Positions 61,884-64,000 of a stretch of 64,000 nt of DNA are shown here, one piece after another. Each line of letters opens with the position of its first letter. The first letter of the stretch is position 1. The stretch lies in contig JBHGNT010000022.1 in NCBI GenBank assembly GCA_043228905.1, forward strand, positions 9,424,001 through 9,488,000. The letters are read 5' to 3'. This DNA is from Azolla caroliniana. Taxonomy: Eukaryota > Plantae > Polypodiophyta. A model generated the notes under the pieces. That model was given only the letters and a program-made list of their open reading frames with translations. It did no database searches and was not told the DNA's origin. The position numbers and the translations under genes are program-made.

Positions 61884-62120
61884 TTTCCCGCCAGGATCCG
61901 ACGGCTCTCGCGAGAAGGAAAAGGCCTTCGGGGGGGATCGATCTCCTTCATCCAACGGCACATAATTTTTGTCGACCTTTCAACGTAAATCAAAATGCAT
62001 GTAACAAAATTCCGCCTTCTCTCTCACTCAACTCACTGTGTATATTTATTTATTTTTGGTAAAATTTTCCCGCTCAAATCCGACGGCGTACGGCCTTCCA
62101 TCATCATCATCCAACGGCGC
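61884..62120. promoter_or_regulatory. H3 promoter: two E2F sites (TTTCCCGC at 61884, 62066) and four ATCC(A/G)ACGGC MSA-like motifs
   Basis: Motifs seen at ~61896, ~61949, ~62078 and ~62109, upstream of the minus-strand gene. Confidence 0.65.
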
Positions 62121-63462
62121 ACCGCCTTTCCCACCTTCCTTCCTTCCTCCTCTCTTTTTAATTCTCTACTTCAATGAAACTTGTTCTATTATATAAATAT
62201 TTTAACTTCTCTCCTAAAATAAGTAAATACTATTTTGTTTAGTTTGTTTATATTTATCGAATCTACATATTTGTTTATTTTGTTTGTTATCTTTGTATTT
62301 ACATATTTATTTCGTTACTGTATTTTTCTTTTTCTTTTTTTAATTATTTTTTTATCTTTTTTATTTTTTTAGTTTTACTTATTTATTTTCCCATTTATTT
62401 ATTTTTCCTTTTATTTATTTTTTTATTTGTCTATTTATTTATTTTCCCATTTATTTATTTTTCCATTCATTTTTTTTTTTTTTTTCTAGATATCTTACTC
62501 AAACAAACAAAAAGCTCATCAAAGGAGGACCATGTTTTTGAGCACTCAATGTTTGTAAGTGGTTTTGGCCTATCCAAGATACGAAGCTCGATTCAAAGAC
62601 GAATGAAGGCTTGCCATCATACACACGCCCAAAACCAGGCTACCCTTCATAAACCACACCATGAAGCCACCTTCCCTTGTTCATGTCCCTAGCAGTCCCA
62701 TTCACATCTTTCACAACCTTCTTGTGGAATCTCGTGACAAATTTTGCGTTTTCTCTATTTCATTCTATGCATTAAGTAAGATAATGCCATCCCACACATC
62801 CGCTCCCGAAATTAACACTTGGATTATCATAACATTGAATAACATAAACCTCACTACCTATCCTCAAGTAACACTTTGGTTGCATTGGTTCTCAAATATA
62901 TAATAACTATTTCAATTTGCTTGAAGTCTAGACTCATAGCATACATTTCACCTATTTGTCAATGGGACAATAATACCCAAGATATTTGAAGCTTTGTACC
63001 ATTTGTAATGGTTCTCCATTGTATCATGTATGTAAAAGTGGGATAGTGCATTGGTTGTATTGCCTTTTATTGCCATCATTTTGGATTTGTCCACATAACC
63101 AAATACACCCCCCTAGATTTGACAAAATGTTTCCAATACATCAAGTAAGTGTTGCATATCATCGTAAGTATAGGAAAATAAAACATCACTGGATGAGAGA
63201 TAGAAAAGAAATAGATAAATTGTATTATCATCTTTGGAGTTCAAATATGTCCTACGAGACGAAAAACACAACATTTTCACATAATACATGTGAAAGTGAG
63301 TAGTGTGACTCTTGATGTTTAAAAACGTTAGTAATGATATACTTCTGAGGGAAATTAGGGTTTGGTTGAAGATGTGTGGAAATGATTATTAAAGGTAGAG
63401 CATTGTATCAAAGTGTGGTAGTCAAACTCTCAAGCTTGTTTAGGGCAAAGTCACGACACAGT

Positions 63463-64000
63463 TGTCAATGATATGAAATACATAGTTGGTGAGGATTGAA
63501 CCTGCAACCTCACATCAACAAGATGTCATGCTCAACCATTTTGATATGAGCATATATTTATATATAATAATTTAGTATTATATAGTCTACATTTCATAAT
63601 CATAATATACTAGTCATTAGTATATTCTAGAAATACTATACGGTATATTCTAGAGATATTTCTCGAGTATATTCTATATATATTCAATCTCGGAACTTGT
63701 ATAAATACTTGTAATCTCCTTGGTCCCTTTCAAGGGATTCATCGCCAATCATTGACACATCAATCTAGTATTCTTGTTTCAGGCCATATTGTCTCCTTCT
63801 TCATCTCTGTCTTCATGGTCTCATGTTCTTCATTTCATATCAATCGTAGCCTCGTCACCCATAGTCTCATCATCCGTGTTTCTTCTTAGTCCGCGGTTGG
63901 TGTGTTCGTGACAGTTTGAATCCCTTCCAACTGGAAGCATCACCTGTCTTCATCATCGCCCTTGCCTCTAGAGTTACCATCATCAATGTCGTTGCTTCTA
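63463..64000 (+). mobile_element. Second member ('M') of the G family: 5' LTR 63463-63913 and start of internal region
   Basis: Shares TATAAATACTTGTAA...TTTCAAGGGATTCA, the LTR end GTGACA and downstream GTTTGAATCCCTTCCAAC with G. Confidence 0.85.

Noticed and set aside
62200-63450. Possible gene or element upstream of H3
   Set aside because: AT-rich with only short ORFs lacking motifs; boundaries not supportable.

Overview
Eukaryotic land-plant genomic DNA. A non-seed vascular plant such as a fern is my inference, based on the F41-type H3.1 and on Tcn1-like and fungal-type Gypsy elements. Most of the window is nested LTR retrotransposons, many of which can be delimited exactly by LTR pairs and target-site duplications. 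The left half is a four-deep nest (Copia > fungal-type Gypsy > Athila/Tat-like Gypsy > intact Copia). Two host genes are present: a 5-exon serine-decarboxylase-like PLP enzyme (39844-42671, plus a truncated upstream duplicate) whose active-site loops are remodelled, and an intronless histone H3.1 (61185-61595). Most notable observations: (1) four LTR families, from both Copia and Gypsy, carry an antisense tRNA-like A-box/B-box (Pol III/TFIIIC-type) module near the 5' end of U3; (2) a chromovirus and a non-coding tandem-repeat LTR family have Tf1-style self-priming sites instead of tRNA PBSs; (3) a fungal-type tRNA-Trp-primed Gypsy and a relative both end at ACGT; (4) a ~920-codon extra ORF has a C-terminal motif shared with a distant copy; (5) the SDC-like enzyme lacks the catalytic-loop Tyr. 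All assignments were made by eye; no searches were run.
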